Assembly: GCA_050011875.1 (NCBI GenBank)
Contig: JBEKIG010000012.1
Coordinates: forward strand, 11,278 to 75,277
Origin: Nitrososphaeria archaeon
GTDB lineage: Archaea; Thermoproteota; Nitrososphaeria; JACIWG01
Length of the DNA: 64,000 nt
Direction of reading: 5' to 3'
A program made the position numbers and the translations under genes. Shown piece by piece: positions 49,759 through 59,501 of the stretch. Under the pieces are notes generated by a model. The model was not told the DNA's origin and ran no database searches. It saw only the letters and a program-made list of their open reading frames with translations. How positions within the stretch are numbered: the first letter of the stretch is position 1; each line of letters opens with the position of its first letter.

Positions 49759-50582
49759 ACTTGAAGAGTGTTGCGATAATAGGCGGAGCTGGGAAGATGG
49801 GGCGATGGTTCGCGAGATTTTTTGTCAAAGAAGGCTTCAGGGTTGTGGTCTCAGGTAGGACTCAAAGCAAATTAGCTAAGCTTAAGGAAGATATACCAGA
49901 AATTGAAGTTGCAGAAGATAACGTTGCAGCAGTGAAGGACATCGACATGGTTGTGATTTCTGTCCTTCAACAAAACTTTGAGTCTGTTATAAGAGAAATA
50001 AGCTCTTATCTGAAGCCTAGGCAGATAATAATCGACATAACATCAGTGAAGGAGTCTCCTGTAAAGTTAATGCACAGATACATCAAAGACTGTGTGACCC
50101 TTGGGACACATCCAGTGTTCGGTCCCTCTGTAACAGACTGTAACCAAAACTTTATTCTTACCCCAACCAATAATAAAGAAAAGGATTTTGCAGTAGGGTT
50201 CAAGAAATGGCTTGAGGAAAGGGGGTTCAGAGTGAGTGTGATGTCACCTAAAAAGCACGACTATCTTATGAGCACGGTACTGGGGCTCTCGCATTTCATA
50301 GGGTTTGTAACCTGTGAAACCTGGTTGGACATGAATCTGAAAGAATTGAAGAAGGTTAGCGGAACCAGCTTCAAAACGCTATTTAACCTAGTGGATAACG
50401 TTGTACACTCTGACCCAGAATTCTATTCTGAGCTGCAAATGAGCTTTCCGGACGTAGATAGAATTGAAGAAAGATTTGAGTTCAACGTTAGGAAATGGTT
50501 AAAAATAGTGAAGAGCAAGAACAAGAATAGATTCACAAATGAAATGGAGAGATTAAGGAAGAACCTCGATAATCTAGGATAG
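49755..50582 (+). CDS. tyrA: Prephenate dehydrogenase
   Basis: GGAGKMG, DITSVK, HPVFGP, HD..M..V.GL.H. Confidence 0.92.
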   Translation: MNLKSVAIIGGAGKMGRWFARFFVKEGFRVVVSGRTQSKLAKLKEDIPEIEVAEDNVAAVKDIDMVVISVLQQNFESVIREISSYLKPRQIIIDITSVKESPVKLMHRYIKDCVTLGTHPVFGPSVTDCNQNFILTPTNNKEKDFAVGFKKWLEERGFRVSVMSPKKHDYLMSTVLGLSHFIGFVTCETWLDMNLKELKKVSGTSFKTLFNLVDNVVHSDPEFYSELQMSFPDVDRIEERFEFNVRKWLKIVKSKNKNRFTNEMERLRKNLDNLG

Positions 50583-50709
50583 GCCACCGCAGACGGGAAC
50601 TTTTGTCATCATCTTTCCGTTCCCTTCTAGAAATCAGTTTGTTTGACATGTATCCATTGCATAAAGAGACTGAAATCGTCCATTTACTCTGGATAAACTG
50701 TTGCTCCTT

Positions 50710-51003
50710 TTAATCTGCGTTGTCCTTGATGTTTTCCGCGTTTCTGCACAACTTTATTATTTCTTTAAAAACGGTTATGCAATCTTCTGGACTTGTCCCA
50801 AGTTGCTTTGCACTATCTTCAATTTTCTTATAAATTGCGGTTTCTCTTCCAGAGTCTAAAACTGGTCTGTTAAACTTCTTTTTTACTTTCCCGATGTCTT
50901 TAGCGAGGTTAACTCTCTCAGATAAGAGCTTCATAATGTGCTCGTCTACGGCATCTATCCTTTTCCTAAGTAGAGCTATTTCTTCTTCACTTGTCAAAGC
51001 CAC
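50710..51003 (-). CDS. Chorismate mutase (AroQ)
   Basis: LRKRIDAVDE.I..LL.ER..LA..IG..K, D..RE. Confidence 0.92.
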   Translation of the reverse strand: MALTSEEEIALLRKRIDAVDEHIMKLLSERVNLAKDIGKVKKKFNRPVLDSGRETAIYKKIEDSAKQLGTSPEDCITVFKEIIKLCRNAENIKDNAD

Positions 51004-52099
51004 CGCCTCTTAAAACTCTGGGTAGTAATCCGGCTCTTATAGTGTGGTCTGCGAGTACGATCGCAATCATGCTCTCAACAACCGGTACAGCACGTGGCAC
51101 AATACATGAATCATGTCTTCCCTCAACTTTTAATTTTACAGGTTCCATCTTCTTGAGATCGACGGTGTCTTGACTTTTTTGGATAGAAGGCGTGGGTTTA
51201 ACGGCTACTCTCAATAGGATTGGCATTCCGTTACTTATTCCTCCTAGGATTCCGCCGGAGCTGTTACTTTTTGTGATCACTTTTCCTCCCTTAACTGTGA
51301 AGACATCGTTACTTTCTGACCCCTTCATACTCGAAAGCTTGAATCCGGACCCGAATTCAACCCCCTTTACTGCAGGAATTGCGAAAAGTGCTTTAGCCAA
51401 GTCGCCTTCTAAGGTATCAAAAATCGGCTCGCCGAGGCCAACCGGCACATTAAGAGACACACTTTCTATTACTCCTCCTACGCTGTCTCCTTCGTCCCTT
51501 GCCGCCTGAATGCTTTTAATCATTTTTTCTGCAGCGGTGAGGTCAGGGCATCTAACCGAATTCTTTTCAACGTTACTTATGATTTCTTTTATCGTCTTCG
51601 GTTCAGCCTTTATGCCGGCGATTTCCAACGTATATGCGAGGATTTCGATATTCAATAAAGCTAACAATTTTTTTGCAACTACTCCTGCCATCACAAAACC
51701 GGCTGTAATCCTGCCAGAGAACCTGCCTCCACCTCTGTAATCGTTGAAGCCTCCAAATTTGGTAAAGGCGGTGAAGTCGGCGTGTCCTGGTCTTGGTGTA
51801 AACTCTATTTTTTCATATGCGCTAGATTCTATGTCTTTGTTCCACACAATCATGCATATTGGAGCACCAGTAGTGAACCCATTGAATGTTCCTGAAACAA
51901 CTTCTACTCTATCTTCCTCCCTTCTTTGGCTCGCATAGATGCTTTGACCCGTCCTCCTCCTTTCCAGCTCCCTCTGAACAGTATCTTCCGAGATTTCAAG
52001 GCCTGCTGGGCATCCGTCCACGACTGTACCCACACATCTTCCGTGACTTTCCCCGAAACATGTTACTTTGAACGCCACACCTATAGTGTTCGCGTTCAT
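50987..52099 (-). CDS. aroC: Chorismate synthase
   Basis: FGESHG, PRPGHAD, GGGRFSGR, IPAVKGVEFG, GRHD.C. Confidence 0.97.
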   Translation of the reverse strand: MNANTIGVAFKVTCFGESHGRCVGTVVDGCPAGLEISEDTVQRELERRRTGQSIYASQRREEDRVEVVSGTFNGFTTGAPICMIVWNKDIESSAYEKIEFTPRPGHADFTAFTKFGGFNDYRGGGRFSGRITAGFVMAGVVAKKLLALLNIEILAYTLEIAGIKAEPKTIKEIISNVEKNSVRCPDLTAAEKMIKSIQAARDEGDSVGGVIESVSLNVPVGLGEPIFDTLEGDLAKALFAIPAVKGVEFGSGFKLSSMKGSESNDVFTVKGGKVITKSNSSGGILGGISNGMPILLRVAVKPTPSIQKSQDTVDLKKMEPVKLKVEGRHDSCIVPRAVPVVESMIAIVLADHTIRAGLLPRVLRGGGFDK

Positions 52100-53349
52100 G
52101 CAACTCCCTCCAAGTTGGCATTCAAACCTTTTATTACGCGCCAAAAGTTTGGGAAGGACTTGCTTACACATTCTGCGTTCGTTATCACCGTCTGCCCTTC
52201 CGCTGTTAGGCCGAGTATCGCCGAAGCCATCGCTATCCTATGGTCGTTAAAAGGGTTTATCTTTGCGCCGATCGGTTTAGAGCCAAATATTTTCAAGGAC
52301 CCGTCTTCTATTATTGTTTTAATACGCATCTTTTCCAAACATTTTACCATAGTTTTAACTCTATTTGATTCTTTAAACTTTAGTCTACCTATTCCAGTTA
52401 TTTCGCTCACACCATCTGCTCTCGCGCAAAGAACACAGAGTGGAAGGAATAGGTCCGGACAGTCGGATACATCAAATTTTATCGGCTTGGGAACCGATTT
52501 TCTGACCGTAATCGTTTCCCCCTGTGTTTCAACCCTAATTTCCATCATCTCCATAACATCAATTATCACCCTGTCGGCTTGTATGCTTTTTAGATCTAGA
52601 CCACTTACGGCTACCCTACCTGTAACTGCGCCAGCAACTAAAAAAAAGGACGCTGAACTCCAATCGCCTTCAACCTTAAAAGTGGTTGGTCTATACCGTT
52701 GAGATGGAACCTCGAATCTCACGTCTCCAAAGCTTTCCACTTTGACTCCGAATTTTTTTTGCACATCCAGCGTCAAAAACACATAAGGCTCGGATCGAAC
52801 TGCTGTGACAGATTTGATAGTGGCTCCATGTTCGATTAGAGGAGCTATCAGCAGCAGCGCTGAGATGAACTGCGAACTCACATCGCCTATTACATCGACT
52901 TCCCCACACTTCGGCTTACCTTTAACAGATACGATCATATTTTTTTGATAGCATTCTACCCCTAAGTATTTGAGAGCGTCAATCAGCGGCTTCATAGGAC
53001 GCTCCATCAAGCTCTTGTACCCGGTAAGTTTACATTCTTCTCCAACCAGACAGCAGACAGCGGTAAGAAAACGTAGTGTTGTCCCAGAAGCGCCACAAAA
53101 AATCTCTCTCTGAGGTCTTTCCAACCTGCCGCCTTCCGCGATCAGTTCGTCCTCTTTAACATCCAGCACAACACCTAATCTTCTTAAGCCTTCTATTGTA
53201 GCAAGTGTGTCATCGCACAATAAAGGAGATCGCAGTACGCTTTTGCCATCCGCTAAGCCGGCACACACGAGTGCTCTATGTGTAACGCTTTTTGAAGGTG
53301 GCGCCTGGAAATTCCCCTCCATTTCACTTTTTCTTACTTTTACTTGCAC
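52096..53349 (-). CDS. aroA: EPSP synthase
   Basis: PPSKS..HR, SGTTLRF, SSQFISALL, KESNR, DHRIAMA. Confidence 0.96.
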   Translation of the reverse strand: MQVKVRKSEMEGNFQAPPSKSVTHRALVCAGLADGKSVLRSPLLCDDTLATIEGLRRLGVVLDVKEDELIAEGGRLERPQREIFCGASGTTLRFLTAVCCLVGEECKLTGYKSLMERPMKPLIDALKYLGVECYQKNMIVSVKGKPKCGEVDVIGDVSSQFISALLLIAPLIEHGATIKSVTAVRSEPYVFLTLDVQKKFGVKVESFGDVRFEVPSQRYRPTTFKVEGDWSSASFFLVAGAVTGRVAVSGLDLKSIQADRVIIDVMEMMEIRVETQGETITVRKSVPKPIKFDVSDCPDLFLPLCVLCARADGVSEITGIGRLKFKESNRVKTMVKCLEKMRIKTIIEDGSLKIFGSKPIGAKINPFNDHRIAMASAILGLTAEGQTVITNAECVSKSFPNFWRVIKGLNANLEGVA

Positions 53350-53872
53350 CTATACCACAACTCTTTCTAACAATTTCAGTAACCTTTTCAGCTACCTCTT
53401 CTACACTTAATTCTGTAGTATCAATTACGTAATCAGCTGAATTTTCGTATAAGGGGTCTCTGAAATTAAACATCCTTCTAATTTCCTCTGTTCCGCCTCC
53501 AGCCATTAAAAGAGGCCGTTTTCCTTCTTGCTTCGAATTCCTTTCTAGGATAGCATCAAACTCTGCTTTAAGCAAAAATATGATTCCGTTTTGTTTGAGC
53601 CTGTCGATGTTCACCCTATTCTTAACCACGCCTCCACCACAATCGATAACCACATCTCTCATTTTAGAAACTTCTTCTACCGTATTTACCTCCTTTTTTC
53701 TAAACACTTCCTCTCCTTCTTCATAAAATATTTGCGCAACCGTCTTCTTGGATTTTTCTACTATCAAGTCATCTGTGCTCACATACCTCCTCCCTAGTTT
53801 CCTTGCTACTTCCTTAGCAGCGCTAGTCTTTCCCGTAGCCATAAAACCTATGAAAACTACGTTTTCCTTTAT
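53324..53872 (-). CDS. aroK: Shikimate kinase, AroK-type (probable ATA start)
   Basis: (M)KENVVFIGFMATGKT Walker A, GE..FR, GGG, RPL; the beta strand preceding the P-loop lies upstream of ATG 53842. Confidence 0.9.
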   Translation of the reverse strand: MKENVVFIGFMATGKTSAAKEVARKLGRRYVSTDDLIVEKSKKTVAQIFYEEGEEVFRKKEVNTVEEVSKMRDVVIDCGGGVVKNRVNIDRLKQNGIIFLLKAEFDAILERNSKQEGKRPLLMAGGGTEEIRRMFNFRDPLYENSADYVIDTTELSVEEVAEKVTEIVRKSCGIGASKSKKK

Positions 53873-53878
53873 TTAGGC

Positions 53879-54733
53879 TCACCCTTTTAACGCTTCAACT
53901 GCAACATCCTTCATTACATCGACGGGCGCTTTGCACCCTGTCCATATTTCAAAAGCGAAGGCCGCCTGATTCACGAACATGTCTACTCCATGTATAACTA
54001 TCGCGCCGGCTTCTCTGGCATCTTTCAATAATCTTGTCTCAAATGGAACGTACACTATATCCATGACTGCAAGCCCTTTCCTCAAGAGATTTTTTGGAAC
54101 CAGTGTTCCATTAAGGTCAGGCGCCATACCGACTGAGGTGCAGTTTATGATCAGATCTGTATCTCGTATTTCATCCTTTAACGACTGATTTTCTAGCTTC
54201 TTTGCTGTGACTGGAATGCCTGTTTTAGCTGAGACCCTGTCAGCGAGTTCCCCAGCCTTCTCTTTAGTTCTGTTCAGTATCACTATGTTATGTGGTTTCC
54301 CTTTTGCGGCTGAGTAGATGACAGCTCTTGCGGCACCTCCCGCTCCGAGAATAAGAACTTTCATGCCCTGGAGAGATATTCCACTTTCGACCAAAGATCT
54401 TAAGGCTCCTTCTCCGTCAGAGTTGTATCCAACGAGGATTCCGCTGTCGTTTACAATTGTGTTAACAGCCCCTATATCATTTGCGACTTCGTCTACAAAG
54501 TCAATGTAGTCCATAACTTTGACCTTGTGGGGGATGGTAACATTCATTCCACGTATGTTAAATGCTCTCATGCCATCAACCGCTCCTTCAAGCATATTCT
54601 CCCCCACCCTAAATGCAACGTAAACAAAGTCCAAGTCAAGGGTTTGGAACGCTTTATTATGGATTATAGGTGAAAGAGTGTGTTCTATCGGATCGCCGAT
54701 AACGCAGCAGATTTTTGTCTTATACGATGTCAT
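53879..54733 (-). CDS. aroE: Shikimate dehydrogenase
   Basis: H.LSP..HN, NVTIPHK, GAVNT, GAGGAA, DIVY.P. Confidence 0.96.
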   Translation of the reverse strand: MTSYKTKICCVIGDPIEHTLSPIIHNKAFQTLDLDFVYVAFRVGENMLEGAVDGMRAFNIRGMNVTIPHKVKVMDYIDFVDEVANDIGAVNTIVNDSGILVGYNSDGEGALRSLVESGISLQGMKVLILGAGGAARAVIYSAAKGKPHNIVILNRTKEKAGELADRVSAKTGIPVTAKKLENQSLKDEIRDTDLIINCTSVGMAPDLNGTLVPKNLLRKGLAVMDIVYVPFETRLLKDAREAGAIVIHGVDMFVNQAAFAFEIWTGCKAPVDVMKDVAVEALKG

Positions 54734-55413
54734 AGATTATCACAAGATGAAAGCTCGGACCCGAGCATTTCATATATTTTTCTAAAGCTGTTTAATTCGA
54801 TCTGTCCGCCAGCAGATTCTAAACCCGCTCCAGCCGACACGTAAGCAAAGTCGCTTCCGAATAGGGGTGAGAGCACCCTGCTGATGGAACCTTTTTCACC
54901 CATACAGAAGGAGATAAGGCGTGTGCGATTCGCAAATTCTTGAAGAAGTTTAAGGGCAGTCAAGTTGTCTTCAAACTTTTCAGCCATCACAACCACTTTA
55001 CATAAATCAGCATCTAAACCCATCTGTTTCCTAACGATCTCCCTAAGCTTCTCAATTTCAGGTGTCCCCTTAAAGTCATGGAAAGAAATGAGAACTTTAC
55101 TATCCTTTCCTTTAACATGCTCAACGACTTTCTGTATGTTAGGCGAATTAAGTTCTATGTCGATAAAGGATGCTCCTAGAGAAGCCGCTCTCAAAAGTTC
55201 TTTGATTCGATCTTTTTCATTTCCAGACCAGAAGCCTCCCTCACTTCTTAGCCTGTTGCATGCTATCCAGGGCCTCTTGAGACCTTTAGACAACTCGGAC
55301 CAGGAACTTCCTATAATATCTATTCTTACTTCTATGAGATCCGCTTTGTTGACAACTTTTACGCTTTTCCTGTCGGTATTTGTAAGCACGGCACAAAGTT
55401 TAGGTTTTAGCAT
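54730..55413 (-). CDS. aroD: 3-dehydroquinate dehydratase type I
   Basis: IEVRID, R...EGG, IDIEL, SFHDF..TP, MGEKG..SR. Confidence 0.93.
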   Translation of the reverse strand: MLKPKLCAVLTNTDRKSVKVVNKADLIEVRIDIIGSSWSELSKGLKRPWIACNRLRSEGGFWSGNEKDRIKELLRAASLGASFIDIELNSPNIQKVVEHVKGKDSKVLISFHDFKGTPEIEKLREIVRKQMGLDADLCKVVVMAEKFEDNLTALKLLQEFANRTRLISFCMGEKGSISRVLSPLFGSDFAYVSAGAGLESAGGQIELNSFRKIYEMLGSELSSCDNL

Positions 55414-55420
55414 CCATCGA

Positions 55421-56458
55421 TCACCCTGCAAGGGCCTCAAGTAGATCTTTCTGCTCCACTTCCCTGACCACAACCTTCCCTATCCGCTCTGGTAGAACGA
55501 GCACCGTTTTTCCATACCAAGCTTTCTTATCCTTCAGCGTTTCTTCGACTATTTTCCTCCTTTCTAGCCTTGTTGATACGGGTAGGCCAAACTTTTTCAA
55601 AACATCCTCCACCTCCTTTTTCTGCTCGAATCCAATCATCTTTTCTGCAACACTGCACGCCATCATTATACCTATTGAAACTGCGAAGCCATGTCTTATC
55701 TTGTAATTTGACATCTTTTCTATAGGGTGACCGAAGGTGTGGCCGAAGTTTAAGATTCTGCGAAGGCCCCCTTCTCTCTCATCTCTTTCCATTACATCAA
55801 CCTTCATAGAGATACATCTTTCTACAATTTTCTGTATGATTTCTTGATCCTTTGCCAGAACCTTTCCGGCATTATCTTCAAGGAAACTGAAGAAATTTTC
55901 ATCAAATACAACCGCGTATTTGACTACTTCAGCTAAACCGTTCAAAAATTCCGCTTTAGGCAAGGTGTCTAGGAATTGCGTGTCAACCAAGACAAACTTG
56001 GGCTGATAAAAGGTTCCAACAATGTTTTTTCTGTGGAAGTTCACTCCAGTCTTACCCCCTATGCCTGCATCAACTTGCGAAAGCAATGTTGTTGGCACCT
56101 GGGCAAAATCTATCCCACGCATAAAAGTTGACGCAGCGAAACCCGCTACGTCGCCCACTATCCCACCGCCTAAGGCTATAAGTAGGGATTTTCGTGTGAA
56201 ATCTTTTTCAAGAAGTTTTTTCCAAATTAATTCCGCAGTAGCCAGACTCTTGTATCTCTCTCCATCGTCGATTTCTATCGTATCAAAATTGTTATCTGAG
56301 TCGATGATCTCAGCCACTTTATCGAGCCAGAAGGATGCAACAGTCCTGTTTGTCACAATACAAACCTTTGAAGGACTTATTTTTTCAATCTCTGCATTTA
56401 TCTGATTTAGCACATTCCTTCCAACCACTATGCTGCTGAACTTACTTTTTATCTTCAC
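55421..56458 (-). CDS. aroB: 3-dehydroquinate synthase
   Basis: GGGIVGD, PTTLLSQVD..IGGKT, LNFGHTFGH, HG.AV. Confidence 0.96.
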   Translation of the reverse strand: MKIKSKFSSIVVGRNVLNQINAEIEKISPSKVCIVTNRTVASFWLDKVAEIIDSDNNFDTIEIDDGERYKSLATAELIWKKLLEKDFTRKSLLIALGGGIVGDVAGFAASTFMRGIDFAQVPTTLLSQVDAGIGGKTGVNFHRKNIVGTFYQPKFVLVDTQFLDTLPKAEFLNGLAEVVKYAVVFDENFFSFLEDNAGKVLAKDQEIIQKIVERCISMKVDVMERDEREGGLRRILNFGHTFGHPIEKMSNYKIRHGFAVSIGIMMACSVAEKMIGFEQKKEVEDVLKKFGLPVSTRLERRKIVEETLKDKKAWYGKTVLVLPERIGKVVVREVEQKDLLEALAG

Positions 56459-57246
56459 TTTAATTCATCCAACTCGTGCATCAACTCTTTGAAAGAATCA
56501 AAATCGAGCTGCTGTTTGTTGTCGCTCAATGCATGTTTAGGGTCTGGATGCACTTCGATTATGAGGCCATCTGAGCCTATCACCTTAGACGCCTTAGCTA
56601 AAGGTTTAACAAGGTCGCTGGAGCCAGCGGCGTGCGAAGGATCGACTACCACCGGCAGGCTTGAGAGCTTCTTGATTATTGGTATCGACGCCAAGTCTAA
56701 AGTGAACCTGGTTTCCGTTACAAAGGTTCTGATCCCCCTTTCGCATAAAATTACGTCGTGGTTACCTTCGTTCATAACGTACTCAGCCGCGCTAAGCCAT
56801 TCCTCTAACGTCGCGCTAATTCCCCTTTTCAATATGACTGGTCTGTTGGCCTTTCCAACTTCCTTTAACAAGGCGAAGTTTTGCATGTTTCTTGCACCTA
56901 CTTGAACTACATCAGCTATTTCGCAGACCCGTCTTACATCACGTGGATCAAGGACCTCTGTAACAACAGGTATATCCACCTCATCCTTCACCTTCTTCAC
57001 TATGGCTAATCCATTAATGCCAAGGCCTTGAAAGGAATAAGGAGAAGTTCTTGGTTTGAACACCATCGCCCGAAGAAGGTGAGCGCCGCAAGCTTTAACA
57101 AATTGGGCAGTGTTGAGCAATTGCTCCCTAGATTCCACAGAGCAAGGCCCTGCCACAATTGTGAAGTCTTTTCCTATTCTTAAGTCGCCGACCTTTATCT
57201 CCCTTTCTTTTTTTTCTAAGACAAGCTTTAGGTCCATTTTTTTCAC
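56455..57246 (-). CDS. aroF: DAHP synthase type I-beta
   Basis: AGPCSVES, KPRTSPYSFQGLG, GARNMQNF, LCERGIRTF, DPSH. Confidence 0.95.
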   Translation of the reverse strand: MKKMDLKLVLEKKEREIKVGDLRIGKDFTIVAGPCSVESREQLLNTAQFVKACGAHLLRAMVFKPRTSPYSFQGLGINGLAIVKKVKDEVDIPVVTEVLDPRDVRRVCEIADVVQVGARNMQNFALLKEVGKANRPVILKRGISATLEEWLSAAEYVMNEGNHDVILCERGIRTFVTETRFTLDLASIPIIKKLSSLPVVVDPSHAAGSSDLVKPLAKASKVIGSDGLIIEVHPDPKHALSDNKQQLDFDSFKELMHELDELK

Positions 57247-58166
57247 TTTATAAAGGATGAAATCTGCTTGGTTATACCATCAACGTCTAGTTCGAGCTTT
57301 TGTAAGAGTTCTTGATAGTCCCTTGAAGATTCGCCGAACTTGTCCGCCACGCCTATTCTCTTTACTCTTATGCCGTGTTCGGAGAGTGCTTCACAGACCG
57401 CAGACCCTAATCCGCCGATGATGCTGTGCTCTTCTATTGTTACCACTTTCCCAGAGTTTTTGCAGATTTGTATCAGCTTTCCATCCATAGGCTTTATTGT
57501 GTGAAGATCGACCACGGACGATTTTAAACCTTTCTTCACCAACTTTTTGCTTACATTCAGGGCGAAAGAAACCATTATGCCGCATGCAACTAGAACAAGG
57601 TCATCTCCATCTTCCAAGACTTTAGCCTCTCCCAATTTGACTTCGTCTTCGTTTACGTAGATATTAGGACAGAAGTCTCTGCCAATTCTCATGTAGACCG
57701 GCCCCTTGGCCATCACAGCCTGTTCAAGGAGACCCCGTGTAGACGTGGCATCAGAAGGTATGATAACCCTCATACCTGGTATTACTCTCATCAGGGCAAT
57801 ATCCTCTAGGCACTGATGGGATGAGCCATCAGAAAAATCACTCAACCCACCGTGCGTGGTTACGATCTTGACATTTAGGTTATCCCTTGCTATAGTATTC
57901 CTTATCTGCTCCCACGCTCTTAGGATAAACATCGAAAATGCTGTAGCCACAGGGATCATCCCTTCCAATGATAGACCCGCGGCTATTCCTATCATATCTT
58001 GTTCACTTATCCCCACGTTTATGAATCGGTCTGGGAACCTCTGTCTAAACAAAGCTGTCTTAGTTGAATCCCCAACATCTGAATCTAAGACCATCAGCTG
58101 CCTATTCCTTTCCCCAAGTTCCTGCAGCTTTTCCCCTAACGCGTTTCTAAAGCTTTCAGCTTTCAT
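57243..58166 (-). CDS. Transketolase C-terminal subunit
   Basis: GISEQ, DG.SHQ, GPVY.R, EEH..IGGLG. Confidence 0.95.
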   Translation of the reverse strand: MKAESFRNALGEKLQELGERNRQLMVLDSDVGDSTKTALFRQRFPDRFINVGISEQDMIGIAAGLSLEGMIPVATAFSMFILRAWEQIRNTIARDNLNVKIVTTHGGLSDFSDGSSHQCLEDIALMRVIPGMRVIIPSDATSTRGLLEQAVMAKGPVYMRIGRDFCPNIYVNEDEVKLGEAKVLEDGDDLVLVACGIMVSFALNVSKKLVKKGLKSSVVDLHTIKPMDGKLIQICKNSGKVVTIEEHSIIGGLGSAVCEALSEHGIRVKRIGVADKFGESSRDYQELLQKLELDVDGITKQISSFIK

Positions 58167-59226
58167 TTATATCAATCACCGCTCTTTCGTACTCCTCTGG
58201 TGTTGGGACGTAGTGAAAAAGGTTTTTCTTAAATGACTTTATTCCCCCACTCCTCTCGGTTAAAGCGATAACAGCCACAGGTCTAGTCTGGTTTGACTTG
58301 AGTTGCTCAAATATGCGTACAAGTTTTTCAGGGTCATGCCCGTCCGTAACCATCGTTTCCCATCCAAAAGATGACCATTTTTCCTCAAGTGGCTCTAGCC
58401 TTTTTATTTCTTCCGTGTTACCGTTCAGTTGGAGAAGATTTCTATCGACTATCGCGATAAGGTTATCCAGTGTATGATGTGCACCACTCATAGCGGCTTC
58501 CCATATCTGGCCTTCGTTTAGCTCACCGTCCCCTAACAGAACTATGACTTTTCCTTCTTCCCTCTTGATCTTTTTACCCAAAGCTATACCTACTCCAATG
58601 GATAATCCCTGACCAAGTGATCCTGTTGAGACCAAAGCTTCTGGCAAATATTTCCTCTCAGGGTGACTTTGCAGCCTTGAACCAAGACTCCCAAGAGACA
58701 ACAGCTCTTCCTCGTCGATCGCTTTCTCTTCAGCTAGCATCGCATATAACGCGGAAGCAGCATGTCCCTTGCTCAAAACGAGAGAATTACAGCTATTTAC
58801 CATGTTTGGTGAAAACACTCGGAAGATAGATGCGATCAAATCGCTTGCCGATAGAGAAGAAGGAAGGTGACCTACCCCTGTGGAAAATCCCTGCTTCAAA
58901 ACCTTTGTTTTTGCGCCCTTGAAAGCTTGGTCCTCGCTAAACGATTTCTTGGAAACATGTTCCTTTAAGGGAACAAGCATGTCGACGAGCATTCTTCCAG
59001 TTGCTGTAAGCTTAATCGGCCTAGTTTTACCTGCAGTGTAATAGGTTAACAGACCGAATTCCCTAAGAATTCTTGAATTAAGTTTAAGGCTTGATAAAGA
59101 CACGTCTGAAGCCTTCGATAATTTTCTGAGAAACGAAGAAGCAGGTAGGTTTCGGCTTCCCTTAATGTTTGAAAGAATAAGTAATTGGTCTTCATTAAGA
59201 GCTTTGAGTAAAAGTTTTGCGAGCAC
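58156..59226 (-). CDS. Transketolase N-terminal subunit fused to N-terminal winged-helix domain
   Basis: GHLPSSLS, LSKGHA, GSLGQG, GDGELNEG..WE; the first ~85 aa read as a wHTH (SLSSLKLN.RIL.E.GLL...LT.TG). Confidence 0.88.
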   Translation of the reverse strand: MLAKLLLKALNEDQLLILSNIKGSRNLPASSFLRKLSKASDVSLSSLKLNSRILREFGLLTYYTAGKTRPIKLTATGRMLVDMLVPLKEHVSKKSFSEDQAFKGAKTKVLKQGFSTGVGHLPSSLSASDLIASIFRVFSPNMVNSCNSLVLSKGHAASALYAMLAEEKAIDEEELLSLGSLGSRLQSHPERKYLPEALVSTGSLGQGLSIGVGIALGKKIKREEGKVIVLLGDGELNEGQIWEAAMSGAHHTLDNLIAIVDRNLLQLNGNTEEIKRLEPLEEKWSSFGWETMVTDGHDPEKLVRIFEQLKSNQTRPVAVIALTERSGGIKSFKKNLFHYVPTPEEYERAVIDINES

Positions 59227-59501
59227 TACTCTGTTGTTTAAGGATATTGGTTTTCCATTTCCACTCTCACTTAACGAAATTGGCTACCCATGCCCACTCT
59301 CTTCTAAAGTTCTTAGCAAAGGGGTTTAAAAATGTTACTAACATTCAGAGCACATAGATATAAAACAGACGGAAAACTGCATCCACTAGCGTTTTAAAAT
59401 AGTTAACGTAGATGAAGTGAAAACCAAATCTGCATGATCATGTAGAAAAACGCTAAACATCTTATGCGCAACACTTAAAAGGTTAAAAGAGATGTAATAT
59501 A

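Noticed and set aside
50592-50625. GGGAAC...GTTCCC hairpin between convergent tyrA and chorismate mutase
   Set aside because: Only a 6-bp stem with a long loop; not enough to call a terminator or ncRNA.
51926-52702. 258-aa plus-strand ORF and the many other antisense ORFs
   Set aside because: They lie antisense to well-supported genes (here aroA/aroC) and show no recognisable motifs.
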